Notes under the pieces: model-generated | Told to the model about the DNA's origin: nothing | Seen by the model: the letters and a program-made list of their open reading frames with translations, nothing else | Database searches by the model: none | In this document: positions 19,252 through 28,789 of the stretch, in pieces | Numbering within the stretch: position 1 is the stretch's first letter | Layout of the letters: each line of letters begins with the position of its first letter | Origin: an uncultured Candidatus Saccharibacteria bacterium | Lineage (GTDB): Bacteria; Patescibacteriota; Saccharimonadia; CAZBQI01 | Assembly (NCBI GenBank): GCA_964494105.1 | Contig: CAZBQI010000005.1 | Location: forward strand, 10,646-74,645 | DNA length: 64,000 nt | Reading direction: 5' to 3' | Translations under genes and position numbers: made by a program

Positions 19252-20157
19252 ATGCGAGTTGGAGTTATCGGTTTAGGAAAAATGGGCGGGCAGATAGTTC
19301 GTCGGCTTGAAGCCGATGGCCACACTGTCGTTGTCTATGATAAAAATGCCGACCTGGTATCGACGCTCGTAGCTACCGGTAGCACTGAAGCTACTTCGCT
19401 AAAAGAATTGACTCACAAACTCGGTCAAGCACCTGTTGTTTGGCTAATGATTCCGTCACAATACACTGGTAATGTAATCTCTGCTCGTTGCAAAGAACTC
19501 CCGCAGGGTGCAATTATTATTGACGGAGGGAACTCAGACTACCGCGAAACCATTAAACGCGGAAATGAATGCCAAAGCCATGGTATCTCGCTGGTAGATA
19601 TCGGAGTAAGTGGCGGCATACATGGTCTTAAAAACGGCTTTTCGATGATGATAGGTGGTGACAAGACAGCTGTTAGTATCACCATGCCACTAGTTAAATC
19701 GCTCGGCCAGCCCCAAGGTTACGCCCATTTTGGACCAACCGGCAGCGGACACTATGTAAAAATGGTGCATAACGCTATTGAATACGGCATGATGCAAGCG
19801 CTAGCCGAAGGCTATCATCTGCTAAAAAAAGGTGAAGTTAAGGATATAGATTTAGCCAAAGCCGGTAAGGTCTGGGAACACGGCAGTGTAGTACGGTCGT
19901 GGCTAAATGAACTATGTGCAGAGGTCTTTACTGAAAACACTGATCTTGACGGGATAGACGGCGTAGTAGCGGAATCCGGAGAGGCCCGTTGGGCTCTTGA
20001 ATCGGCTAAAGCAAACGGTATTTCTATGCCAGTTATTCAGCAGGCATTCGATGTTCGACTAGCTTCACAGCAGGGGAGAACCAATTTTAGTACAAAAGTC
20101 TTAGCAGCAATGAGAAATAAATTCGGTGGCCATGATATCAACCCAAAAAACAGTTAA
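19252..20157 (+). CDS. gnd: 6-phosphogluconate dehydrogenase (decarboxylating), short YqeC-like form
   Basis: N-terminal Rossmann MRVGVIGLGKMGGQIVRRL and 6PGDH C-terminal helices; 301 aa; RBS AAAGGAG. Confidence 0.8.
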   Translation: MRVGVIGLGKMGGQIVRRLEADGHTVVVYDKNADLVSTLVATGSTEATSLKELTHKLGQAPVVWLMIPSQYTGNVISARCKELPQGAIIIDGGNSDYRETIKRGNECQSHGISLVDIGVSGGIHGLKNGFSMMIGGDKTAVSITMPLVKSLGQPQGYAHFGPTGSGHYVKMVHNAIEYGMMQALAEGYHLLKKGEVKDIDLAKAGKVWEHGSVVRSWLNELCAEVFTENTDLDGIDGVVAESGEARWALESAKANGISMPVIQQAFDVRLASQQGRTNFSTKVLAAMRNKFGGHDINPKNS

Positions 20158-21613
20158 GCCAACAATCCTGACTATTTTTGGGATTAGTGGAAATTTATCG
20201 CGCATCAAACTCCTGCCGGCTTTGTACCAGCTAGAAGCCACCAATCAACTCCCGGTCGACTTCTATATAGTGGGGATAACTCGTCGCCACCTGGATGTGT
20301 CCCAACTGGCGAGCGATTTGACGGCTGAACTCAAAACAAGCGGAATTAGTGCTGATAAGGCTGTCGTAAAAAAACTCTTCACGAGGTTTTACATCGGCAA
20401 TTTTGAGATTACTAAAGATGCCGATTATATTGGCTTGAGGGAGTATCTAAACAATATCGAAAATGAAAAAGGCATGTGCTTTAACCGGCTATTCTATTTA
20501 GCTATTCCTCCGGCCCTGTTCTCAGACATAGTAAAGAAAATTGGATTCGGCGGACTGCACAAAGGCTGTCAGCACAAAACACACGAAAGCAGACTGCTAA
20601 TCGAAAAACCATTCGGCTTTGACTTATCGAGCGCCCGCGAACTTATAAGTGTAATCGGCAAGTTCTTTAAAGAGTCTCAAGTTTATCGCATCGATCATTA
20701 TCTTGCCAAAGAAACGGTTATGAATATACTGCGTTTTCGGCACGAACACCCGGAAATCGAATCACTCTGGAACAAAAACTACGTAAGTCACGTCCAAATA
20801 ACTGCTGCCGAAGATATCGGCATAGGTTCCAGAGCAGATTTTTTTGAACAAACCGGAGCTTTGCGCGATATGGTGCAAAGCCACCTACTGCAAATTCTGG
20901 CTCTAGTTGCCATGGATTTACCAAATAAAAGCGATTCGAGAACTATCCACCAAAAACGACTCGAAGTACTAACTAATCTAAAAGCCATAAAGCCGAATGA
21001 AGTAAACGAGCACGTAGTTAGAGGGCAATTCACTGAAGGTAAAATCAAGCAACAGTCAGTAGCTGGTTACCGCCAGGAAATTAATTCTCCAAGCACCAAA
21101 ACCGAAACATTTGTAGCTCTGCAACTTTATATAAACCAGCCAATTTGGCAAAAAGTACCATTCTATATTCGAGCCGGTAAGCGCTTACCAGAGAAATTAA
21201 CAGATATAACATTGGTCTTTAAAGGTAGTAACGATAATAGCGAAACAAACACACTTTCTATTCGAATTCATCCCACTCAAGGAATTGCTGTTAACGTGGC
21301 CACGACATCACCAGCTAAGCGAAAAATCCGAATCCAAGAATGCTACAATCTCGATAGTAATAAATTAAAGTTAGACGCTCATGCGCGACTACTGCTAAAC
21401 GCCGCCCAAGGAGACCAGACACTATTCCCATCTAGCGAAGAGGTTTTGGCTTCATGGAGCTTTATTCAGCCAGTACTAAATGAGTGGGGGAAAAATTATC
21501 GTTCGCTCGAATTTTATTCAGCTGGGAGCTGGGGACCAGCAGGTTCAAGCCGACTACTTGTCCCTGAGCATCACGAATGGTTGGCATCAAAAATTAATGT
21601 ATGCCCAGTGTGA
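20126..21613 (+). CDS. zwf: Glucose-6-phosphate 1-dehydrogenase
   Basis: LTIFGISGNLSRIKLLPALY, EKPFG and RIDHYLAKE motifs. Overlaps the gnd end by 32 nt. Confidence 0.9.
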   Translation: MAMISTQKTVKPTILTIFGISGNLSRIKLLPALYQLEATNQLPVDFYIVGITRRHLDVSQLASDLTAELKTSGISADKAVVKKLFTRFYIGNFEITKDADYIGLREYLNNIENEKGMCFNRLFYLAIPPALFSDIVKKIGFGGLHKGCQHKTHESRLLIEKPFGFDLSSARELISVIGKFFKESQVYRIDHYLAKETVMNILRFRHEHPEIESLWNKNYVSHVQITAAEDIGIGSRADFFEQTGALRDMVQSHLLQILALVAMDLPNKSDSRTIHQKRLEVLTNLKAIKPNEVNEHVVRGQFTEGKIKQQSVAGYRQEINSPSTKTETFVALQLYINQPIWQKVPFYIRAGKRLPEKLTDITLVFKGSNDNSETNTLSIRIHPTQGIAVNVATTSPAKRKIRIQECYNLDSNKLKLDAHARLLLNAAQGDQTLFPSSEEVLASWSFIQPVLNEWGKNYRSLEFYSAGSWGPAGSSRLLVPEHHEWLASKINVCPV

Positions 21614-21993
21614 TGCTAGATAAGGAATTCGGTGATTTAGTCCAGCTAGGTATCGAGGCTGTTCCTTTAGAATTTAGAAGAAAAATAAACAATGTTGCGA
21701 TTACGTTTGCAGATGAGCCCAGTAGGGAACAGCTCATTAGCAATAATGTACCCGCAGGTAGTACTTTGTTTGGCCTATACGAAGGGATACCTTTAACTGC
21801 TCGCGGAGGTAACTACACGATGGTCGTGCCCGATCGCATTACAATTTTTAAAAAACCAATCCTCAATGCATCTCAAGGTAATCTACAGCGTACTAAAGAT
21901 ATCGTTATCGAGACAGTCTGGCACGAAGTTGGGCATCATTTTGGTCTGAGCGAAAACCAAATCCGGAGCTTAACCGAAAAGCGAAAACAATGA
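21613..21993 (+). CDS. Small zincin-like metallopeptidase (DUF1025-like); start ATG overlaps the zwf TGA
   Basis: HExxH in WHEVGHHFGLSE near the C-terminus of a roughly 127-aa protein. Confidence 0.55.
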   Translation: MLDKEFGDLVQLGIEAVPLEFRRKINNVAITFADEPSREQLISNNVPAGSTLFGLYEGIPLTARGGNYTMVVPDRITIFKKPILNASQGNLQRTKDIVIETVWHEVGHHFGLSENQIRSLTEKRKQ

Positions 21994-22035
21994 CCATCAT
22001 TTCTGTTGTAGCTGACTATACGGAGATTATATAAA

Positions 22036-23100
22036 GTGAATGCCGTAAAAAAAATTGGAATAGCTTTCGTATCACTTATGCTATTTTTACTAATAAGTAA
22101 TGGGGTTCTGCTTGTTGCATTCTCCCAAGTAATAACAAATCGTGACCAGGTCAAGATAATTGCCACCAATAGGGCAACCTATACTGCGTTCACCGAGACG
22201 CTTACCCAGGAAAAAGCGGGCTCAAATAATCAAAAGCTACCTAATGACACCCAGTCTACTATTGAAAACGTAGCTATTACAAAACTGGTAAAGAAGTATC
22301 TAACCCCACAGAACTACAACCGAATTGTGGTTAGCATAGTAGATTCTACATATGATTGGCTAGAAGGAAAATCCGAACAGCCTGAGTTTAATATCAACTT
22401 AGCGCCCGACAGATCTGAATTTCAGAGATTTATCGTACAAGTTTACACCGAAAGATACATGGCTCTACCGGACTGCACAACGTCAACTGACCTGTCCTTA
22501 TATAATCCCCTCGAAGCAACCTGCAAAATTGAAGGCTATAGTGCAGAATCAGTACAGACATATATAAACGATTTGGCAGATACACCAGAGCTAAATGAAT
22601 TATACGGAAACGCTTCAGTTAATTCTGAGCTAATATTTGGAGAATTAAGTGCCGGTTCCACCGACAAATTTAGGGGCTGGTACAATACCCTAAAACTAAT
22701 ACCGATAATCTTTGGTTTTCTATTAATAATTTTAATCGGATTGATTTTCTTAATAACTTCTAACTGGCGAAATGGGATTAAATACTCGGCTAAGGCGATT
22801 ATGATTCCTAGTCTTTTTACACTGGCTTCAACCCTTATATTTAGCTACTTTGCAAAGCCTGTTATCTTGGAGAATCTAGTGATTAATTCCAACCAAGATT
22901 CACTTCGTGAGGTGTTATCCTTTGCGATAAGTCAGATAACTAATTTAGCCATAATCTATAGCGCCATCCTAAGCATACTGAGCGCGGTCATACTGGTTGT
23001 CGTGTATTTTGTCCGACGTAAAGAACCAGAAGCAAACCGGGAGAATCCAATATCTAGCGTGCATAAAGACAACAATGATTCTACGGCACAAACACTCTAA
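22036..23100 (+). CDS. Hypothetical membrane protein with N-terminal TM, large extracytoplasmic domain and C-terminal TM bundle
   Basis: 354 aa; TM at residues about 10-30 and three more after residue 215. Confidence 0.5.
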   Translation: MNAVKKIGIAFVSLMLFLLISNGVLLVAFSQVITNRDQVKIIATNRATYTAFTETLTQEKAGSNNQKLPNDTQSTIENVAITKLVKKYLTPQNYNRIVVSIVDSTYDWLEGKSEQPEFNINLAPDRSEFQRFIVQVYTERYMALPDCTTSTDLSLYNPLEATCKIEGYSAESVQTYINDLADTPELNELYGNASVNSELIFGELSAGSTDKFRGWYNTLKLIPIIFGFLLIILIGLIFLITSNWRNGIKYSAKAIMIPSLFTLASTLIFSYFAKPVILENLVINSNQDSLREVLSFAISQITNLAIIYSAILSILSAVILVVVYFVRRKEPEANRENPISSVHKDNNDSTAQTL

Positions 23101-23311
23101 TTGTTTTTCCATTCTGAATAGCAGCCTGCATTTGCGCTGTTATTCGAGCCGGTAGCTCAAAAGTAACTTCGGCGTTTCCTCGGCCATAGCGACGCACTTT
23201 TGCACCATAATAAGTGCGTGGCAATCGTGCGCCAAGCAATCTCCTAAAAATACTTTTTGAAGAAGGCACCGATGATATTACAAAATCTTGATAGTTTGTT
23301 TTTATGCGCAT
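23081..23311 (-). CDS. Hypothetical small basic protein
   Basis: 76-aa ORF; no recognisable motif. Confidence 0.3.
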   Translation of the reverse strand: MRIKTNYQDFVISSVPSSKSIFRRLLGARLPRTYYGAKVRRYGRGNAEVTFELPARITAQMQAAIQNGKTIRVFVP

Positions 23312-23378
23312 AGTGCCCTCCGTTATTAGTTGTTGTAACTAGTATAAACCGAACACAAACCGAACGTCAAGTTGTTTA

Positions 23379-23978
23379 TTATGGTTTTGCAGAAATTGAC
23401 AAAAAGTGAAGATCTTCGTCTTTAACTCTTCTGCGTGCGCTTATTTCGGCAGCAATTTCTAAAGGATTAAGAAAATTAGTTCCGGCAAGTGGCACTACTA
23501 CGTGAGCGGCCGCATCTACTATTTTTGTTGCTGTGTTCTCGGGTATGCCACGTAACTGTCTGTACAACGCTAGACCCGCAAGACCGCCCAGTTGACGATA
23601 AAAATTCATATCGCGCACACCGTTATCCGACATTGCGTCCTGAATAAAGTGCTCTGTTTCATGCAATAGCACACGATTTACCATTGCTGTTGGGTCAAAC
23701 AACTTGCGCATTTTCCAGGCAGGCTCAAAACACATCCTCATACGACCATCTCGAAAGTTGTAAGTGCCACCAGGCACAGGCTTGTACATGTGCCTATGCA
23801 TTTCGAACACAAGACCCTCAATTTTCTCATCACTGACATTTCTGCTTGCAAGATATTCAGAATATCCATCTCGGTTAAAGCCTACTTCATATGGCGCACC
23901 ATCTAATAGGCCATCTACATAAAGCTGGGGGCGCCCAGACTGATTAGGGACTAGCAATAACTCTGCAGACTGCATCAT
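23379..23978 (-). CDS. Hypothetical protein with an HExxH motif (LHETEHFIQD)
   Basis: 199-aa ORF; possible zincin-like fold; no other support. Confidence 0.4.
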   Translation of the reverse strand: MMQSAELLLVPNQSGRPQLYVDGLLDGAPYEVGFNRDGYSEYLASRNVSDEKIEGLVFEMHRHMYKPVPGGTYNFRDGRMRMCFEPAWKMRKLFDPTAMVNRVLLHETEHFIQDAMSDNGVRDMNFYRQLGGLAGLALYRQLRGIPENTATKIVDAAAHVVVPLAGTNFLNPLEIAAEISARRRVKDEDLHFLSISAKP

Positions 23979-24020
23979 AAACTATATCATAGCATATTTT
24001 ATACTTATTTGCAATTCCTA

Positions 24021-25103
24021 CTACTGTTGCTGAGGTGGTAAATCGTTAGTTGTTTTGCTAAAAATGTTGCGTACAAATTCTTTAATTTCTGTAAAGTTAC
24101 CTACGCCTTCTCGAGGTATAAGGCCATAACCGTAGCGTGGTGAGGCTACAAGTAGATTAGAACTATCAATAACGTGCCGAGTAACGGCATTCGGCTGTAA
24201 TTCGCGAGAAATTTGGCCTAGTTTAGCCATTTCGCGAAGACTCAAGTCTGTCTTAAAATGATCCTTCAAGGTTGTCTGTAATTTGGCAATTTCGGTTGGG
24301 TTTGTAAACAACCTTGAGCTTAAAACCTTATCTTTAAAGGCTACTGCAACTTGCTGCTGACGAGCTGCTCGATCGAAATCACTAGTTGTCTGTCTTGAGC
24401 GAGCATAAGCCAGAGCTTGCTCACCATTTAAATGCTGTGGGCCAGTCGAAATAGAAAATGGTGCGTAACCACTGGAGTAGTCCGGATAGTAAGGATCCTC
24501 TATAGCGGTTTTTACATCAACATCTACGCCACCGACTGCATTTATCACTTCTTTAAAGCCGGTGAAATCCATAACAACATAGTAGTGAATAGGTAGGTCA
24601 AGAGTTTGCTCGACAACTTTTTTGCTAAGAGCCGGGCCGCCACCCGGGTAATCATTATTTTGCCCATAGGTGTAGGCAGCATTAATCTTGCTTGATCCGA
24701 ATCCCGGAATATCGACATACATGTCCCTTGGCAAACTTACCATAGCTACTTTATAAGGTTCGTCCTTCTTGGTACTAATGCTAACGACCATAATTGTGTC
24801 ACTCAAGGTGGCCGCATCATCCACGCCAAGTACCATTATATTGACTCTGCCGGCGCGTTCACCGTTTAAAGTAGTTTGATCAACGTAAAAATATAAAGCC
24901 GCAGCAACTGCAGCCGCCAACAGAACCAGGATAAAGAATGTGGCTATTATCCTACGTCGCCAGCGATGGGGCTTTTTTGGTTGCTCAAATGACTGCGAGG
25001 TGTCTGCTTGATAACCTTCAGGGTTATAGCTAGAAGTAGTAGGGTCGTTGTAGTTTTGAGTTGTTCGATGTCGAACGTTTCGTCTTTCGCGTGATCTAAA
25101 CAT
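24021..25103 (-). CDS. LytR-CpsA-Psr (LCP) family cell-wall glycopolymer phosphotransferase
   Basis: N-terminal TM, NIMVLGVDD...SDTIMVVSI and a conserved Arg-rich C-terminal part. Confidence 0.85.
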   Translation of the reverse strand: MFRSRERRNVRHRTTQNYNDPTTSSYNPEGYQADTSQSFEQPKKPHRWRRRIIATFFILVLLAAAVAAALYFYVDQTTLNGERAGRVNIMVLGVDDAATLSDTIMVVSISTKKDEPYKVAMVSLPRDMYVDIPGFGSSKINAAYTYGQNNDYPGGGPALSKKVVEQTLDLPIHYYVVMDFTGFKEVINAVGGVDVDVKTAIEDPYYPDYSSGYAPFSISTGPQHLNGEQALAYARSRQTTSDFDRAARQQQVAVAFKDKVLSSRLFTNPTEIAKLQTTLKDHFKTDLSLREMAKLGQISRELQPNAVTRHVIDSSNLLVASPRYGYGLIPREGVGNFTEIKEFVRNIFSKTTNDLPPQQQ

Positions 25104-25283
25104 AATTATTGCGTTAGTATAGCATTTTTAGGCAATATTTAGCTTTCGATTCATTGGGCTTGCATTTCACAGACTAGAATTGTATAGTTCATAAACAGTA
25201 GAGAGAGCGCACGGAGTCAAAAACAAAAATGTGCCCGGGAGCCTGGTCGAACTACTAGAATTATTAAGATAATCGGAAATAAC

Positions 25284-25544
25284 ATGGCAACTAAACTATA
25301 CATTGGTGGGTTAGCATATAGCACCACCGAAGACGCCCTAAAAGCTGCTTTCGAGCAAGCTGGTGGGGTAGCTTCTGTCAACATCATCAAAGATCGTGAC
25401 ACAGGAAACTCTAAAGGCTTTGGTTTTGTCGAAATGGAAAACGACGAAGCTGCAAAAAAAGCAATTGAGATGTTCAACGGTCAAGAAGTTGACGGCCGAC
25501 GCGTTCGCGTTGACGAAGCTCGCCCAATGGCACCTCGCGACTGA
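25284..25544 (+). CDS. RRM-type RNA-binding protein
   Basis: RNP-2 LYIGGL and RNP-1 KGFGFVEM; 86 aa. Confidence 0.9.
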   Translation: MATKLYIGGLAYSTTEDALKAAFEQAGGVASVNIIKDRDTGNSKGFGFVEMENDEAAKKAIEMFNGQEVDGRRVRVDEARPMAPRD

Positions 25545-25570
25545 GTTCACTCCTTAGTTAAGAGCTAGTA

Positions 25571-25603
25571 GATACCGGATCTGTTTAGATCCGGTATTTT
25601 TTT
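25571..25603 (+). terminator. Rho-independent terminator downstream of the RRM gene
   Basis: ataccggatc tgttta gatccggtat followed by ttttttt. Confidence 0.75.
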
Positions 25604-25708
25604 GGTTAATAATACGAAATGCGAGCAAATTGTGATTTGTTACGTCAACTATTGCCAATCATGCCTTTAGCTTCCTGCGATGCCTATATACTTTGATATG
25701 ATTACAAT

Positions 25709-25996
25709 ATGGCATCCGCATCATCAAACCAATGCTATCAAATAAGTGCGTATGGGCAGGTCCAGGGCGTTGGATTCCGTAAAACAGCCTATAAGCAAGC
25801 CAAAGCACTTGATTTGCTTGGTTTTGTCGAGAATCGCCCCGACGGCAGTGTCCTAATAGAGATTGAGGGTGAACAAGCCAAAACAGGCGACTTCATTAAC
25901 TGGTGCCTGACAGGACCTCTGCATCGGTTTATTGAGGATTTCAATTACAAAGAAGTACCCTTGCGAAGCTACGTTTCGTTCGATATTAAGGTCTAG
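25709..25996 (+). CDS. Acylphosphatase
   Basis: AYGQVQGVGFRK matches the V-x-G-x-V-Q-G-V-x-F-R signature; 95 aa. Confidence 0.8.
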   Translation: MASASSNQCYQISAYGQVQGVGFRKTAYKQAKALDLLGFVENRPDGSVLIEIEGEQAKTGDFINWCLTGPLHRFIEDFNYKEVPLRSYVSFDIKV

Positions 25997-26010
25997 GCTA
26001 TACTGAGAAT

Positions 26011-26313
26011 ATGGTAAAACTTATTAAAGACGAAGCATTAGCGAAACGCTTCGAATCACTTGAGTTCAACTGGGAGCACGTGGAAAACTCATTAGTGATA
26101 AGAATCGAAGTCAAAGATTTTGCCGAGGCAATGTGGGTTGTAAATGAAGTCGCCCAAGTAGCAGAGGAGCTTAATCACCACCCCGATATCCACCTATATA
26201 ACTACAACAAAATTGACATAACCACCTCTACACATAGTGCAAATGGCATTACCGAAAAAGATTTTTCCCTGGCTGAAAGAATTGAAGGCATAATTACCCG
26301 CATTAAAAACTAG
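26011..26313 (+). CDS. Pterin-4a-carbinolamine dehydratase (DCoH/PhhB)
   Basis: EELNHHPDI carries the E-x(3)-H-H-P signature; 100 aa. Confidence 0.8.
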   Translation: MVKLIKDEALAKRFESLEFNWEHVENSLVIRIEVKDFAEAMWVVNEVAQVAEELNHHPDIHLYNYNKIDITTSTHSANGITEKDFSLAERIEGIITRIKN

Positions 26314-26331
26314 ACTTGGTATACTGAAAGC

Positions 26332-26898
26332 ATGTTTGAAGATTTTAATAGCAAACAAAGTGTCGTTGTGGTATATACCGGTGAAGGCAAAGGAAAAACT
26401 AGCGCTTCACTTGGCCTATTGGTTCGCGCCTTAGGTTCTGGGATGCGCTGTTCTTTCATACAGTTTATTAAGTACTGGAACGTAGGAGAGCATAATTTTC
26501 TTCGGCAAATTAGCAAGCTGTACGGAGACAATTTAGAGTTCTATAAGGGCGGACTAGGTTTTTTTAACGCTCAAGATATGAGCGCTAAAGGCGTCACCCC
26601 CGAACAACACCGGCAAATCGCTCAAGACACATATTCACATGCTCTTGATTCCAGCGAGAATGGGGAATTCGACCTGGTGATATGCGACGAAATAAGCAAT
26701 GCAGTCCACGACGGCCTGGTAAGTAAAAAACAATTAGAGCTACTAATAAAAAGTAAGCATCCGAAAACAAATCTATGCATTACCGGTCGTGATTTTCCAG
26801 AAGATTTTTTGGTACTTGCTGATATCGCCACCAACATGACTAAGCTTAAACACCATTTCGACGAGAAGTTCATAGCGAATAAGGGAATAGACTACTAG
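26332..26898 (+). CDS. Cob(I)alamin adenosyltransferase, CobA/CobO/BtuR family
   Basis: P-loop YTGEGKGKTSASLG and the FIQFIK block typical of the family; 188 aa. Confidence 0.75.
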   Translation: MFEDFNSKQSVVVVYTGEGKGKTSASLGLLVRALGSGMRCSFIQFIKYWNVGEHNFLRQISKLYGDNLEFYKGGLGFFNAQDMSAKGVTPEQHRQIAQDTYSHALDSSENGEFDLVICDEISNAVHDGLVSKKQLELLIKSKHPKTNLCITGRDFPEDFLVLADIATNMTKLKHHFDEKFIANKGIDY

Positions 26899-26970
26899 GC
26901 TAAAGGGGACTATTTACCATAATTACAAAAGGAAGTGTTAGTAATATATGATATGTAGTAAGTAGTAAGT

Positions 26971-27552
26971 ATGAAAAGCCAGTTTAAATTAACAAAACGA
27001 CAATCCAAGGTTCTGATTGCTACGGCACTATTAATTTTGATGCCGCTTCTAGGAATAGGGGTGACGAATAGTAACAACGTTCGCACCACGTTTACAAATG
27101 CCAATCCGGGGCTCTACGAGGTAGCTAAAATATCTGATGGCGATACGATAGTAGTTAAGATAGACGGCAAAGAAGATACCATTAGAATGATCGGCGTAGA
27201 TACGCCCGAAACCCATCATCCTAAGAAGCCAGTGCAGTGTTTTGGCATGGCCGCCTCATCATTTACAAAAAACCTGATCGGCGATAGCCGCGTTCGTTTA
27301 GAGGCAGACCCAGAGGATGATAACAAAGATATTTACGGGCGGTTACTTCGCTATGTTTACCTGCCAAATGGAACACTGGTAAACAAAGAGATAGTGACTC
27401 AAGGCTACGGCTTTGCCTATACAGTATTCCCGTTCACTAAACTTGAAGAATTTCGCGACGCCGGTCGAGAGGCGAGGGATTCAAAGCGAGGATTATGGAG
27501 TGGCTGCCAGGTAGAGAACGAGGGAGATACTTTTTCTACTGGTGCAGAGTGA
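26971..27552 (+). CDS. Secreted or membrane-anchored thermonuclease (SNase-like)
   Basis: N-terminal TM/signal, SDGDTIVV and IRMIGVDTPE motifs, and a conserved YGRLL region. Confidence 0.85.
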   Translation: MKSQFKLTKRQSKVLIATALLILMPLLGIGVTNSNNVRTTFTNANPGLYEVAKISDGDTIVVKIDGKEDTIRMIGVDTPETHHPKKPVQCFGMAASSFTKNLIGDSRVRLEADPEDDNKDIYGRLLRYVYLPNGTLVNKEIVTQGYGFAYTVFPFTKLEEFRDAGREARDSKRGLWSGCQVENEGDTFSTGAE

Positions 27553-28789
27553 TTACCTTTCTATATAGCCCTTCTAGCTCCTTTGCCTGGCGTTTTGCCG
27601 TGTATTGGCTTGATATTTTTTTGCTGGCTCGCGACATTCGTTTTCTTAAGCGATCATTATTTAGTATTGTTATTAGTTTTGCAGAAAAATCCTTGGCGCT
27701 GTTGTTTGCAAACAAACCATTTACGTTTTGAGCCACTACAGATGTTATATCCTTATCTACCATTACCACCGGCAAACCCGCATGAGTAGCTTCATGCAGT
27801 ACCAAGCCCTGGGTATCGGTGATCGATGGAAATGCAAATACCTTTGCCAATTGATATATGCTACCCAAATGTTCATGCGGTATCATACCGGTAAATACAA
27901 TGCGAGATCTGTATTTCATTGAGTCTGCTAGTTCTTCTAAAGACTCGCGGTAATCAAAATCGCCACAAATTAGTAATTTGGCTTCCGGTACCACGTCGGC
28001 AGTAATATCAAATGCTTTGATTAATAACTCAATGTTCTTTTCTTTGCCCAGCCGACCAACATACAGCACTACTTTGTGATTCGGCTGAATGTCAAACAGC
28101 TTTGTGTAATTTTCGATTTGCTGATTATTGACCGGTAACGAATCAACCCCATTAGGGATGGTGATTATTGGCTTAGAGATTCCGAAAGCCTTTAATTGTC
28201 GGTTCATTTTCTTAGACGGCGCAATCAGCCAATCGCATTGATCGTGTGCGACTCTCAAAGCTTGACCCAAAATGCGCTGACGCCATTCTTCGTCAACCTT
28301 CTGTCGCGTGATAATTTTTCGAAAAATGTCGCGCCAATGGCGAGCAGGATACTTCGAGATTAAAGGTAGTGCTGCCGGTAGCCAGATCAATGCAGCTGAA
28401 GACTTGGGGTAATACTGATAGTACTGATATGCGTCAGTGCAATATTGACCTATCAGAGGTGTGTTGTTTTTTATGGCTACATAAGCACCGAGCAACCCAA
28501 CCTGAAAGGGTGAGAAGAAATGTACAACATCTAGATTTAGCTGATTTATCTTTTTTACCTGAGATGGTGGAAAATAAAGGCTGGTCATGTTTTCTTTGTA
28601 AACAATGCCTTTGATTGCTGGAAATCTTATCACGTGTCCGTCGGCTTCTTTGTATCTAATACTGGGAGCCGGAGCAAAAACATAAACCGAATGACCCATT
28701 TTTTCTAACTCATATCGTGTGCTATCGACAGCATAAGAAATACCGTTTACTGCCGGGTGATAAGTGTCGGTAAATAATCCTATTCTCAT
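27536..28789 (-). CDS. GT4 glycosyltransferase, likely a glycolipid (glycosyl-diacylglycerol) synthase
   Basis: MRIGLFTDTYHPAVNGISYAV resembles the N-termini of alMGS-type glucosyl-DAG synthases; C-terminal GT4 Glycos_transf_1 region. Confidence 0.7.
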   Translation of the reverse strand: MRIGLFTDTYHPAVNGISYAVDSTRYELEKMGHSVYVFAPAPSIRYKEADGHVIRFPAIKGIVYKENMTSLYFPPSQVKKINQLNLDVVHFFSPFQVGLLGAYVAIKNNTPLIGQYCTDAYQYYQYYPKSSAALIWLPAALPLISKYPARHWRDIFRKIITRQKVDEEWRQRILGQALRVAHDQCDWLIAPSKKMNRQLKAFGISKPIITIPNGVDSLPVNNQQIENYTKLFDIQPNHKVVLYVGRLGKEKNIELLIKAFDITADVVPEAKLLICGDFDYRESLEELADSMKYRSRIVFTGMIPHEHLGSIYQLAKVFAFPSITDTQGLVLHEATHAGLPVVMVDKDITSVVAQNVNGLFANNSAKDFSAKLITILNNDRLRKRMSRASKKISSQYTAKRQAKELEGLYRKVITLHQ

